64,000 bases of DNA from the IMG/VR virus record IMGVR_UViG_3300032226_000438; one strand, given 5' to 3'. The position numbers and the translations under genes are program-made. The stretch comes from an uncultured virus (IMG/VR IMGVR_UViG_3300032226_000438) (taxonomy: Duplodnaviria; Heunggongvirae; Uroviricota; Caudoviricetes; Crassvirales). The stretch's first letter is position 1, and each line of letters starts with the position of its first letter. Below the pieces are notes generated by a model. That model ran no database searches. It saw only the letters and a list, made by a program, of their open reading frames with translations, and had not been told where the DNA came from. Of this stretch, positions 18,975 through 27,254 are shown in pieces.

Positions 18975-19429
18975 AATCAGAAATGTTTAAAGTAAATGAA
19001 GTATCATTGCATTATAAGTTAAAGCATGATACTACAGATTATCCAATAATCAATAACAGTAAAACAGCAGCTGATATATTCTATGAATCATGGGATAAAT
19101 ATACTATAGGATTAGAAGAACAATCTAAAGTATTATATCTCAATAGAAGAAATCAAGTAATAGGATTATATCATTTTAGTACAGGTAATATAAATGGTAC
19201 AATAATGTGTAATAAAAAGATATTTGCATGTGGATTAAAGATTCTTGCATCAAGTATTATTATTGCACATAATCATCCATCTGGCAATAGGGGTATATCT
19301 AAATCTGATTTAGATGTTACTAAAGTGATTAAAGCTACTGGAGAAGCAATAGATATGAGATTAAACGACCATATAATTATATTACCTAATGGAAGTTATG
19401 TATCTTTAGCAGACGAAAACTTGTTATGA
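18971..19429 (+). CDS. radC: RadC-like JAB domain protein
   Basis: E..KVLYLNRRN, IIAHNHPSG...S.SD, DHIII. Confidence 0.85.
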   Translation: MKSEMFKVNEVSLHYKLKHDTTDYPIINNSKTAADIFYESWDKYTIGLEEQSKVLYLNRRNQVIGLYHFSTGNINGTIMCNKKIFACGLKILASSIIIAHNHPSGNRGISKSDLDVTKVIKATGEAIDMRLNDHIIILPNGSYVSLADENLL

Positions 19430-19444
19430 TTACAATAGTTATTA

Positions 19445-19473
19445 ATTAGGGTAAGTTAAGTGCTTACCCTAAT
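19445..19473 (+). terminator. Strong hairpin (terminator or processing site)
   Basis: ATTAGGGTAAG/CTTACCCTAAT. Confidence 0.5.
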
Positions 19474-19490
19474 GTTTAAACCACTAAATT

Positions 19491-19727
19491 ATGGCTAAAG
19501 CTATACTTAAATTTGATTTAGATGAAGAATCAAATGATTTTAAATTAGCTGTTAATGCTAAAGAAATCATGTCAGTTCTATGGGAAGTTGACCAAGAATT
19601 AAGAAACAAAACTAAATATGCTTCAGATTCAACTAATCAAGAAACTGTTGATGCTTTAATTAGTATTAGAGATTTTTTAAGAGAAAGTATGTCTGATAAA
19701 GGTATTAACTTTGATATGTATAGTTAA
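19491..19727 (+). CDS. Hypothetical phage protein
   Basis: KAILKFDL.E...F.LA...LWEVDQELR..KY. Confidence 0.6.
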   Translation: MAKAILKFDLDEESNDFKLAVNAKEIMSVLWEVDQELRNKTKYASDSTNQETVDALISIRDFLRESMSDKGINFDMYS

Positions 19728-19844
19728 GTTTTTAATGTATAAAACTTGACATTTTCACAGACGGAAATTGATTTCCCTCTGTCAAAAATAGTTAAGTATT
19801 AACTTTACTTTTATTATATGAAAGTCAAGTTATATCTTTATAAT

Positions 19845-20005
19845 AGCAAGGTGGCGGAATGTTTATAATGTGAGTTAAATCATTAAGGTGTTTAATTCCT
19901 GTTATAAATTGGTAGACGCTTAAGGGTTGGGTGGATGTTGCAACGTAAAACAGAGAAAATAACCTTATAAAATCCACCGTGTGGGTTCGAATCCCGCCCT
20001 TGTTA
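19845..20005 (+). ncRNA. tRNA-like element 1 (D-loop insertion, no canonical anticodon arm)
   Basis: Acceptor AGCAAGG/CCTTGTT, TGGCGGAA...TGGTAGACGC D-arm, GTGGG-TTCGAAT-CCCGC T-arm. Confidence 0.75.
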
Positions 20006-20083
20006 CCCTACAAAAGGCAGACGTTAAACTAGAGTGAAATAGATGGTGGTAATATTTCTAAAGTCTGTATTGTACCACTAAAA

Positions 20084-20200
20084 AGCAAGGTGGCGGAAAA
20101 AAGGTAGATTAGGAGAAATCTATTCCTGATGGTAGACGCTATACTTAAGCAGTTGAAGCTAGGTAATTCAACATTGCAGGTTCGAATCCTGCCCTTGCTA
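20084..20200 (+). ncRNA. tRNA-like element 2 (D-loop insertion, masked anticodon loop)
   Basis: Acceptor AGCAAGG/CCTTGCT, same D-arm, GCAGG-TTCGAAT-CCTGC T-arm. Confidence 0.75.
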
Positions 20201-20216
20201 CGCAAAAATTAAGGTT

Positions 20217-20474
20217 ATGAATATTAAACAATTAAAAGAATCAATCGCAAATCTTCCTGATGAAATGGAAGTGGTTTTACAAAAAGATAGTGAGGGTAAC
20301 GGGTATAGTCCACTTAAAGGTGTTGACTCAGATGCTGTTTACATTCCTTATAATACATGGTCAGGGGATGTTTATTCAATTGGATGGACTTCAGATGAAG
20401 CTGATATGTCAGATAAAGAATGGCAGGAAATAAAGTCAAAACCAAGAACTTTGATTTTATATCCTGTTAATTAA
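20217..20474 (+). CDS. Hypothetical phage protein
   Basis: L..LPDEMEVVLQKDSEGNGYSPL motif. Confidence 0.65.
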   Translation: MNIKQLKESIANLPDEMEVVLQKDSEGNGYSPLKGVDSDAVYIPYNTWSGDVYSIGWTSDEADMSDKEWQEIKSKPRTLILYPVN

Positions 20475-20483
20475 TATTAACCT

Positions 20484-20585
20484 AGTCAGGTGGCGGAATG
20501 GTAGACGCACATCCTAAATACATTCAGATGGTGGAACTGAATTAATTGGGTGTACCACTTGCAGGTTCAAATCCTGTTCTGACTA
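20484..20585 (+). ncRNA. tRNA-like element 3 (extended anticodon arm)
   Basis: Acceptor AGTCAGG/TCTGACT, TGGCGGAATGGTAGACGC, GCAGG-TTCAAAT-CCTGT. Confidence 0.75.
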
Positions 20586-20647
20586 CGCAAAAAACATAAA
20601 ATGGAGTTTCCTTACCTCGTAAGAGATGGGTTTTAGAAATCTTAATT

Positions 20648-20769
20648 GGTCAAGTAGCTCAGTGGGTTAGAGCAACTGGTGACAACGGTTCGAGTCCGTT
20701 CCATACGAAAGTATGAGGTGTGTAGGGTTGCAAGCGAGTGTGTCATAGGTTCAAATCCTATCTTGACCT
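20648..20769 (+). ncRNA. tRNA-like element 4 (two T-arms)
   Basis: Acceptor GGTCAAG/CTTGACC, GCTC/GAGC D-stem, internal AACGG-TTCGAGT-CCGTT, CATAC-GAAA-GTATG, terminal ATAGG-TTCAAAT-CCTAT. Confidence 0.75.
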
Positions 20770-20800
20770 CTATTATTATTAATCATTAAACAATATTAAG

Positions 20801-21091
20801 ATGTTACAAAAAGTTATTATCGGATTAGTTCTAACAATGAGTTTACTATTCAATGTACACATTACTGTACGAGATTATTTAATCCAAAAAGAAAAAGAAT
20901 TTTATTCTAATTATTTAAACTACACCGTTGTGTCTGACAGAAATGGACAGATAATGGGATTATTACAATTACAAACAGTTGCAGAACCAGTAGTAGGAGA
21001 CAGTATCATTATATTTACTGAAGATAAAGAATACTATCTTACAGTAAATGATATGAAAGTCTTTAACAACCTATTAGTAGACAACGAGTAG
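20801..21091 (+). CDS. Hypothetical protein with N-terminal TM helix
   Basis: VIIGLVLTMSLLFNV. Confidence 0.55.
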   Translation: MLQKVIIGLVLTMSLLFNVHITVRDYLIQKEKEFYSNYLNYTVVSDRNGQIMGLLQLQTVAEPVVGDSIIIFTEDKEYYLTVNDMKVFNNLLVDNE

Positions 21092-21098
21092 TATTTAT

Positions 21099-21139
21099 TA
21101 GAGAGAATGGTTAATTCAAGTTCGATTCTTGACTCTCTA
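21099..21139 (+). ncRNA. tRNA-like minihelix (element 5)
   Basis: TAGAGAG-AATGGTTAAT-TCAAG-TTCGATT-CTTGA-CTCTCTA. Confidence 0.6.
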
Positions 21140-21233
21140 CACTTCATAAGGTTTTGGTTTGGAAAGGGTAAATGTAATAGTTTACTCTTTCTTTTTTATA
21201 TACCAAAACAAAGAATAACCAAAATCAGTTATC

Positions 21234-21515
21234 ATGAAAAGTTGGACATTAGAACAGGAAGCTGTTATTATTCAAGCAGTAAAAGAGTATCCTAATTTAT
21301 GGGAGGCACTTGACAAGAGTGCTATACTATTAAACAGAACTCCTGCCGCAGTTAGGAATCGTTACTACAATTATCTTAGAAGAGCTAGAATTACTAGGAA
21401 ATCTAAAGAAAAGTGTATTGTAATAGACAAAGATACTGTGTCATCTTACACAAAACAATACAAACAGCAAGAAGATGTGACGATTATAATTCTACACATC
21501 AGGGGGAAAAGATAA
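21234..21515 (+). CDS. Myb/SANT-like HTH regulator (RsfA-like)
   Basis: WTLEQE...LNRTPAAVRNRYY. Confidence 0.6.
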   Translation: MKSWTLEQEAVIIQAVKEYPNLWEALDKSAILLNRTPAAVRNRYYNYLRRARITRKSKEKCIVIDKDTVSSYTKQYKQQEDVTIIILHIRGKR

Positions 21516-21542
21516 ATGTAGTGCGTTTTTAGTGGTGTACGA

Positions 21543-21570
21543 GGGAGCAACTGAAATATGTTGCTCCTTT
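21543..21570 (+). terminator. Intrinsic terminator
   Basis: GGAGCAAC/GTTGCTCC plus TTT. Confidence 0.55.
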
Positions 21571-21603
21571 CATTATTAATTACTATATTGCAATCAAAAA
21601 GTC

Positions 21604-21762
21604 ATGAAGAAGATTATTTGTACCGCTTGTGATGGTACTGGCAGTATTAAGACACATACGAAGGTGATAGTATGTCCACAATGTGAAGGTGTAGGACTTG
21701 ATAGACTACTACCTAAACCTAAATTCAAATCTAAACTATCTAAACCAAAGAAGGATGAGTAG
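21604..21762 (+). CDS. 52-aa DnaJ-type zinc-finger protein
   Basis: Manual translation: CTACDGTG...CPQCEGVG. Confidence 0.65.
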   Translation: MKKIICTACDGTGSIKTHTKVIVCPQCEGVGLDRLLPKPKFKSKLSKPKKDE

Positions 21763-23596
21763 AAAAGTCTATGTTTATGACTTGGAAACACTACCTGAAC
21801 TCTTTACTGCTACATTTCTCGATAGAGATTCTGATGATATAGTAGTTTTTCATTCTAATCAAGATGATTATATTAAGAATATGCTTTCATTCCTAAACAA
21901 AAGTGTTCAAGGATTGATAGGATATAATTGTATAGCATTTGATGGACAAATCATTCAAGATATATATCTCGGTATATGCAAAACTCCACAAGAGATATGG
22001 CGTAGAGCTGATTTTCATATTAAGAATGAAAGAAATCACTATTATACACTATTCATTAAACATTTAGATTTGTATCTTGTAAATCATTACAACAATAAGA
22101 ATAGAAGAACAAGTCTAAAGTGGTGTGAATTTGGTATGAGAATGATTAATATTGAAGATATGCCTGTAACAACAGATGTAAATGCAATATTAAGTTACAA
22201 TCTTAACGATTGTGTAGCAACAAAGAGATTGTATGAACTATGCAAACCTCAAATAGATTTGCGTAAAGAATTAACTAGTCAGTATGACATTAACTTTATG
22301 AATCTATCTGATTCCAGTATAGGTTCAGAGTTATTGTTAGAGTTATTCTGTAAGTTTACTGATAAGAATAAGCATTCCATCAACAAATTACGTACTCCAA
22401 GATACAGAATAGACATTAAAGATATTATATTTCCACATATTGCATTCCAATGCAATGAATTTAATGAAGCATTAAACATCTTCAAAGAAGGATATATAAT
22501 TCCAGGTGGTGATACACCATTATTTAGTGTTAATTTCAAAGGTATTAAGTACACATTTGCTGCTGGTGGATTACATGGTTCACTATTGAATACTACAATT
22601 AAATCTGATGATGATTATATCATTATGGATTGTGATGTAGCATCAATGTATCCTAGTATAATGATAGGTTATAATTTATATCCTGAACATCTTGATGAAT
22701 CTTTCATTAATATCTTGCGTGATAACATTGTGAATGTTAGATTGTTAGAGAAAAAGAAAGCTAAGAAAGAACAAAACAAAGTTATTGTTGATGGATATAA
22801 GTTAGCAGCTAATGCTACTTATGGTAAAACTATGGACCAGTATTCATGGATGTATGACCCACAAGTTACATTTACAGTTACTATTAATGGACAGTTAATG
22901 TTAGCTATGTTAGTTGAAAAGTTAAGTGCTATTAGTACAATCATTCAAGCTAATACAGATGGTGTTACTGTTAAATTGCATAGAAGTGCAATAGATGAGT
23001 ATTACAGAATATGTAAAGAATGGGAAGCATTAACTAAGTTAGAGTTAGAGTATGTAGAATACAAATCTTTCTTTATTAGAGATGTCAATAACTACATATC
23101 AGTAACTACTAAAGATGATGTTAAGTATAAAGGTACATTTGAATACAAGAATATACCATTACATAAAAACTCATCAGCATCTATTGTACCAATGGCTGTA
23201 AGTCAATACTTAATTCATGGAATACCAATAGAAAATACTATTACTAAACATACAGATATATATGATTTCTGTATTGGAGTAAGAGCTAAATCTAATTCAT
23301 GGTATGAATTGAAAGGTGTTAAATCAAGGTATATTCATGAGAGAAAGTTATCTAAAACTGTAAGATTCTTTATATCTACTAATGGTAGTGTAATGATGAA
23401 ACATTATAGTGATGGTAAAGTATCTCATGTTAATGCACCATTGAGAAGTGGAAACAAATTCAAGTACAGATTAGTTACTATCTTTAATCACTATTATGAT
23501 AGTGATGACTATAACATTGATTATAGTTATTACATCCATGAGTGTAAAAAGTTGATACAATCTGTATCAGTGAGTACAGAGTTAACATTATTCTAA
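21755..23596 (+). CDS. polB: Family B DNA polymerase with 3'-5' exonuclease
   Basis: YDLET, GYN..FD, YNLND; DVASMYPS, KLAANATYG, ANTDG; likely start MSRKVY. Confidence 0.92.
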   Translation: MSRKVYVYDLETLPELFTATFLDRDSDDIVVFHSNQDDYIKNMLSFLNKSVQGLIGYNCIAFDGQIIQDIYLGICKTPQEIWRRADFHIKNERNHYYTLFIKHLDLYLVNHYNNKNRRTSLKWCEFGMRMINIEDMPVTTDVNAILSYNLNDCVATKRLYELCKPQIDLRKELTSQYDINFMNLSDSSIGSELLLELFCKFTDKNKHSINKLRTPRYRIDIKDIIFPHIAFQCNEFNEALNIFKEGYIIPGGDTPLFSVNFKGIKYTFAAGGLHGSLLNTTIKSDDDYIIMDCDVASMYPSIMIGYNLYPEHLDESFINILRDNIVNVRLLEKKKAKKEQNKVIVDGYKLAANATYGKTMDQYSWMYDPQVTFTVTINGQLMLAMLVEKLSAISTIIQANTDGVTVKLHRSAIDEYYRICKEWEALTKLELEYVEYKSFFIRDVNNYISVTTKDDVKYKGTFEYKNIPLHKNSSASIVPMAVSQYLIHGIPIENTITKHTDIYDFCIGVRAKSNSWYELKGVKSRYIHERKLSKTVRFFISTNGSVMMKHYSDGKVSHVNAPLRSGNKFKYRLVTIFNHYYDSDDYNIDYSYYIHECKKLIQSVSVSTELTLF

Positions 23597-23609
23597 ACAA
23601 ACAAAACGA

Positions 23610-23768
23610 ATGACAGAGAAAACAAGGTATGAGATGAAAGACGCTCAAACAACAACTCGCATCATCATTACTACAGACACAGTAGATGATGCCGTATTGC
23701 GACTGAAGGAATTAGGTATTACTATTGACCCTCAGTTGTTAAAGATTAGTAAATTTGGTAAAAATTAA
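23610..23768 (+). CDS. 52-aa hypothetical protein
   Basis: Manual translation MTEKTRYEMK...; fills the operon gap. Confidence 0.5.
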   Translation: MTEKTRYEMKDAQTTTRIIITTDTVDDAVLRLKELGITIDPQLLKISKFGKN

Positions 23769-23773
23769 AAACA

Positions 23774-24229
23774 ATGAAGAAAGTAGAATTAAAAGATTAT
23801 TTCGTAACGCAAGAACAAGCTGAGAGTCTTAAAGAGTTAGGATTTACTGATGCTTGTTTAGCATACTACAGAGAAGGTGAGTTAATTCTCAAACCATCCT
23901 ATCAAGACAGTAACACTATTGCACCATTAATCATTCAAGCAATCGATTGGTTAGCAAATGAATTAGGTGTAGGTGTTAACAGTATTAATGATGGTATTGT
24001 AAAACTTAGATTACTAAGAAAGAAAGTTACTATTACAGTTACACTAACATTTGAAGTTTATCAAGCTAATAAAACTTATGAAGATGGTAATTATCTAATC
24101 ATTCTTGAAGATGAAGATTATCCTATATCAGTTTGTATCGCTTATGGTCAAATGGTAGATAATAATGGTACAAATTACAATGATGAAGATGTTGCTTATA
24201 TCTCACCATCATTTGAAGTAATCAGATGA
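23774..24229 (+). CDS. Hypothetical protein
   Basis: FVTQEQAESLKELGF...AP...QAIDWL motif. Confidence 0.6.
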   Translation: MKKVELKDYFVTQEQAESLKELGFTDACLAYYREGELILKPSYQDSNTIAPLIIQAIDWLANELGVGVNSINDGIVKLRLLRKKVTITVTLTFEVYQANKTYEDGNYLIILEDEDYPISVCIAYGQMVDNNGTNYNDEDVAYISPSFEVIR

Positions 24230-25623
24230 ATAGATTAGAGAAACTAAATTCTCTGCAGCAAGAGTTTTTAATGGTATGGAAGGAACATAACTACTGTGGT
24301 ACAATGCTTGTAGCTACAGGATTTGGTAAATCTTTTCTATCATTAAAAGCTATCTTGTTGTTAATAGAGGATGGTAAAATCAACAAAGGAGATACAGTAT
24401 GGATATTAGCAGAAACTACTGCTCGTAAACATACTTACTGGACTGATGAACTACCTAAGTTCAAAGAGATTACAGGAAGCGATATCTTATCATTGGTTGA
24501 TTTTCAGTTTCATTGCTATCAATCAAAGCCTAAAGGAACTCCTAAATTCATTATCTATGATGAAGTAGAAGAATGTATTAGTGATAAGTATCAAGAAGTA
24601 TTAAAGATAGATTGCTACAAGTTAGGTCTATCAGCTACAGTTCCTGAAGTACTATCTGTATATCGTAATAGGATTCCTGAAGGTTTAATGAATAAGATTA
24701 AACAAGCAGATAAGTTTACCAGAGATAAGATAATTACAGATTTTATCAACAAGGGACAACTACTAGAGATATACTGTCCTATTATTGTAGAATATGATAT
24801 TGACCAAGGAATAGCTGATAATATATTATCACCCTATGAAACATGGGTAATAGACCATAGACTAGATAATACGAATAAGTATTTACCTCTATTCAAGAAA
24901 ACACCACGATTAGTTACAGAGTATGAGTATTATAATGTACGTACAACTATGATTAAGAATCATAAGTATCCTGTTATACTCAAGAAAGCAATGAGTAAAC
25001 AGTTAGTAACATTATTATATGATTTGCGTAGTAAAAAAGCAGTATCAAGACAGTTATTAGATACAGTTAGAGAATCTACAACAAGAGCAATGGTGTGTAG
25101 TGTACAACTAGACCCTATTAGGTCATTAGTAGATGAAATAGCTGAAGATACTATTAAGTATTATGTAACTCCTAATGGTGGTGAAAAACAACTCATTACA
25201 GATATTGATGAAGTTAAAAGAATACTATGTAATAATAAGAGATTATTAAAGACAGGTGATTATTTGGGTGGTAACCTTGAAGTTGTTAAACGAAGTGTCG
25301 AAGATATCCTAATTGACCCCCCGCAAATCTTAGGAACATCTAAGAAACTTAAACGAGGGGTTACTATCCCAAATCTTCACCATTTACTAATGTTTTCTTA
25401 TTATACTAGCTATCATCATCTAATGCAATACATTGGTAGGATAGTTAGATATGAAGAAGGAAAAGTAGGTAAAGTATTTATCTTTAGAACTATGAATACT
25501 TATGAGGAAACATGGTTTGATAAGATGAATAAAATCTATGATAAGAATCTTAATCAGATAGATGAAATAGATTTAAGGATTAAAGGTTATATATCATCAT
25601 CAAATTTTAAGTCTAATGGTTAA
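24226..25623 (+). CDS. Superfamily 2 helicase
   Basis: ATGFGKS, YDEVE, GLSAT, QYIGRIVR. Confidence 0.85.
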   Translation: MNRLEKLNSLQQEFLMVWKEHNYCGTMLVATGFGKSFLSLKAILLLIEDGKINKGDTVWILAETTARKHTYWTDELPKFKEITGSDILSLVDFQFHCYQSKPKGTPKFIIYDEVEECISDKYQEVLKIDCYKLGLSATVPEVLSVYRNRIPEGLMNKIKQADKFTRDKIITDFINKGQLLEIYCPIIVEYDIDQGIADNILSPYETWVIDHRLDNTNKYLPLFKKTPRLVTEYEYYNVRTTMIKNHKYPVILKKAMSKQLVTLLYDLRSKKAVSRQLLDTVRESTTRAMVCSVQLDPIRSLVDEIAEDTIKYYVTPNGGEKQLITDIDEVKRILCNNKRLLKTGDYLGGNLEVVKRSVEDILIDPPQILGTSKKLKRGVTIPNLHHLLMFSYYTSYHHLMQYIGRIVRYEEGKVGKVFIFRTMNTYEETWFDKMNKIYDKNLNQIDEIDLRIKGYISSSNFKSNG

Positions 25624-26167
25624 TCAACAATTTAATGTTTCCGATGTTGATGATAAACTAGTGATGTTGTTACTTTATTGTATAGAGAATAATATTAATC
25701 TGTTCAAATACTGTGGAATAAGTTCAGAAAAAGAAATTATTGTTACTGATGAATTAGAAATATTGCGTATCTTTAAACTCTGGTCTGATAAAAAATTAAT
25801 ATATTTATCTCCAGATGGTACATGGCAACTCAATGTAACTACTATACAAGATAATGTTCCTGATAAAGACTTAATAACTAGTATCAGAGAATATTGGTCT
25901 GCAAAACATATTGGTATAGCTGGTAAATCTTCTAACAATAATGATGTAAGACGTGCATTGGAGTTATTTAACGATAGTACAATAGTATCATGGAGTGATA
26001 AAGAGATTATTACAGCTTGTAAGAAATATGTAGACATGTGTATGGCTACTAATAGATTCTTAAAAGATTGTGATAACTTTATCTATGATAATACTGGTAA
26101 ATCTATGCTAATGACCATGTTAGAAGATTCTACAACCTCTAAAGAAGAATACGATAATGTTATTTAG
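25616..26167 (+). CDS. Putative replication initiator/helicase loader
   Basis: Immediately upstream of the DnaB-like gene; inferred from position. Confidence 0.4.
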   Translation: MVNQQFNVSDVDDKLVMLLLYCIENNINLFKYCGISSEKEIIVTDELEILRIFKLWSDKKLIYLSPDGTWQLNVTTIQDNVPDKDLITSIREYWSAKHIGIAGKSSNNNDVRRALELFNDSTIVSWSDKEIITACKKYVDMCMATNRFLKDCDNFIYDNTGKSMLMTMLEDSTTSKEEYDNVI

Positions 26168-27254
26168 ACAATTAGCGGATAAGATAATCCGAAATCAAAA
26201 GTTTATTGGTGATGGTGGAGTAAACTTTCTACCACTATATCCCATATTTCCTAGATTAAAATCATTTCTTCCAGGATTTATTCGTGGAGACCAAGTCTTA
26301 ATTACAGGTGGTACTGGTGCTGGTAAATCAAGATTAGGATTCTTTATTGCATCTTATCTGTTATCGTTATCACAAACCATTCCTAATATTAAGATTAAAA
26401 TCTTCTACAATAGCTTAGAAGAACCTGTAGAAAAGTTTAAAGCTATGTTTGTTATCAATTACTTGAGAGAGAAACATAACATTAGATTATCGTACTACGA
26501 AATAATGGGTTACTGGGATAAACAGTTTCCTACAGAATATCACCCCTACATCATCGAAGCTGCAGATTATTTTACAAACACTATAGAACCATACTTTGAG
26601 GTAGTACAAATACCTCATCCTACTGGATTCTATAAGTTAGTAAGAGAGTTCTTAGTGAAGAATGGTACATATTACTTTAATGGAGTTCCAGCAAATCAAG
26701 GTGAGATGTGGGATGAGTATAGAGCTAGTGACCCTAATCAATGGGTTATTACTTTCTCAGACCATATTGGTAATTACTTGAATGAATCTGGTAAATCGTG
26801 GTATGAAACACTAGAACATTTTAGTGCGCAATACACTAGACAACGATTAGGTCTTAAATGTGGTGTAGTATCATTCTTTGTGCAGCAACAAGTACCTTCA
26901 AAAGAGGCTCTTGAAGTTAACATCAAAGGTAAAACAATTATTGACAAACTAAAACCAAGTATAGATGGATTAAACAAGATAAAAACAACCTCACAAGATG
27001 CTACGATTATCTTAGGATTATTCTATCCATTTAAATGGAGAGACCATATTCCAGCAGCAATGTATTTGGGATATGACTTAAAGTTATGGAAGAATAATTT
27101 ACGTACACTCATATTACTTAAAAGTCGAGAAGGAGTTCTTGATGATTTAGAAATGGCTGTACTATTCGATGGTAGTCGTAATTACTTTGCACATTTGGAT
27201 AAAGACGATATGGATAGTAATGAAAAACTTTTAAAACAAGTAACCAATGTTTGA
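26157..27254 (+). CDS. DnaB-like replicative helicase
   Basis: GGTGAGKS, YNSLEE, DHI, QQQ, DATIILGLF.P, LKSREG. Confidence 0.85.
   Translation: MLFRQLADKIIRNQKFIGDGGVNFLPLYPIFPRLKSFLPGFIRGDQVLITGGTGAGKSRLGFFIASYLLSLSQTIPNIKIKIFYNSLEEPVEKFKAMFVINYLREKHNIRLSYYEIMGYWDKQFPTEYHPYIIEAADYFTNTIEPYFEVVQIPHPTGFYKLVREFLVKNGTYYFNGVPANQGEMWDEYRASDPNQWVITFSDHIGNYLNESGKSWYETLEHFSAQYTRQRLGLKCGVVSFFVQQQVPSKEALEVNIKGKTIIDKLKPSIDGLNKIKTTSQDATIILGLFYPFKWRDHIPAAMYLGYDLKLWKNNLRTLILLKSREGVLDDLEMAVLFDGSRNYFAHLDKDDMDSNEKLLKQVTNV

Noticed and set aside
19845..21139. Functional decoding or suppressor tRNAs
   Set aside because: No canonical 5-bp stem/7-nt loop with U33 in any element. Element 2's AGTTGAA loop lacks U33 and is complementary to downstream TTCAAC.
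21107..21295. 62-aa ORF MVNSSS...
   Set aside because: It starts inside the tRNA minihelix and overlaps the better-supported 21234 gene.
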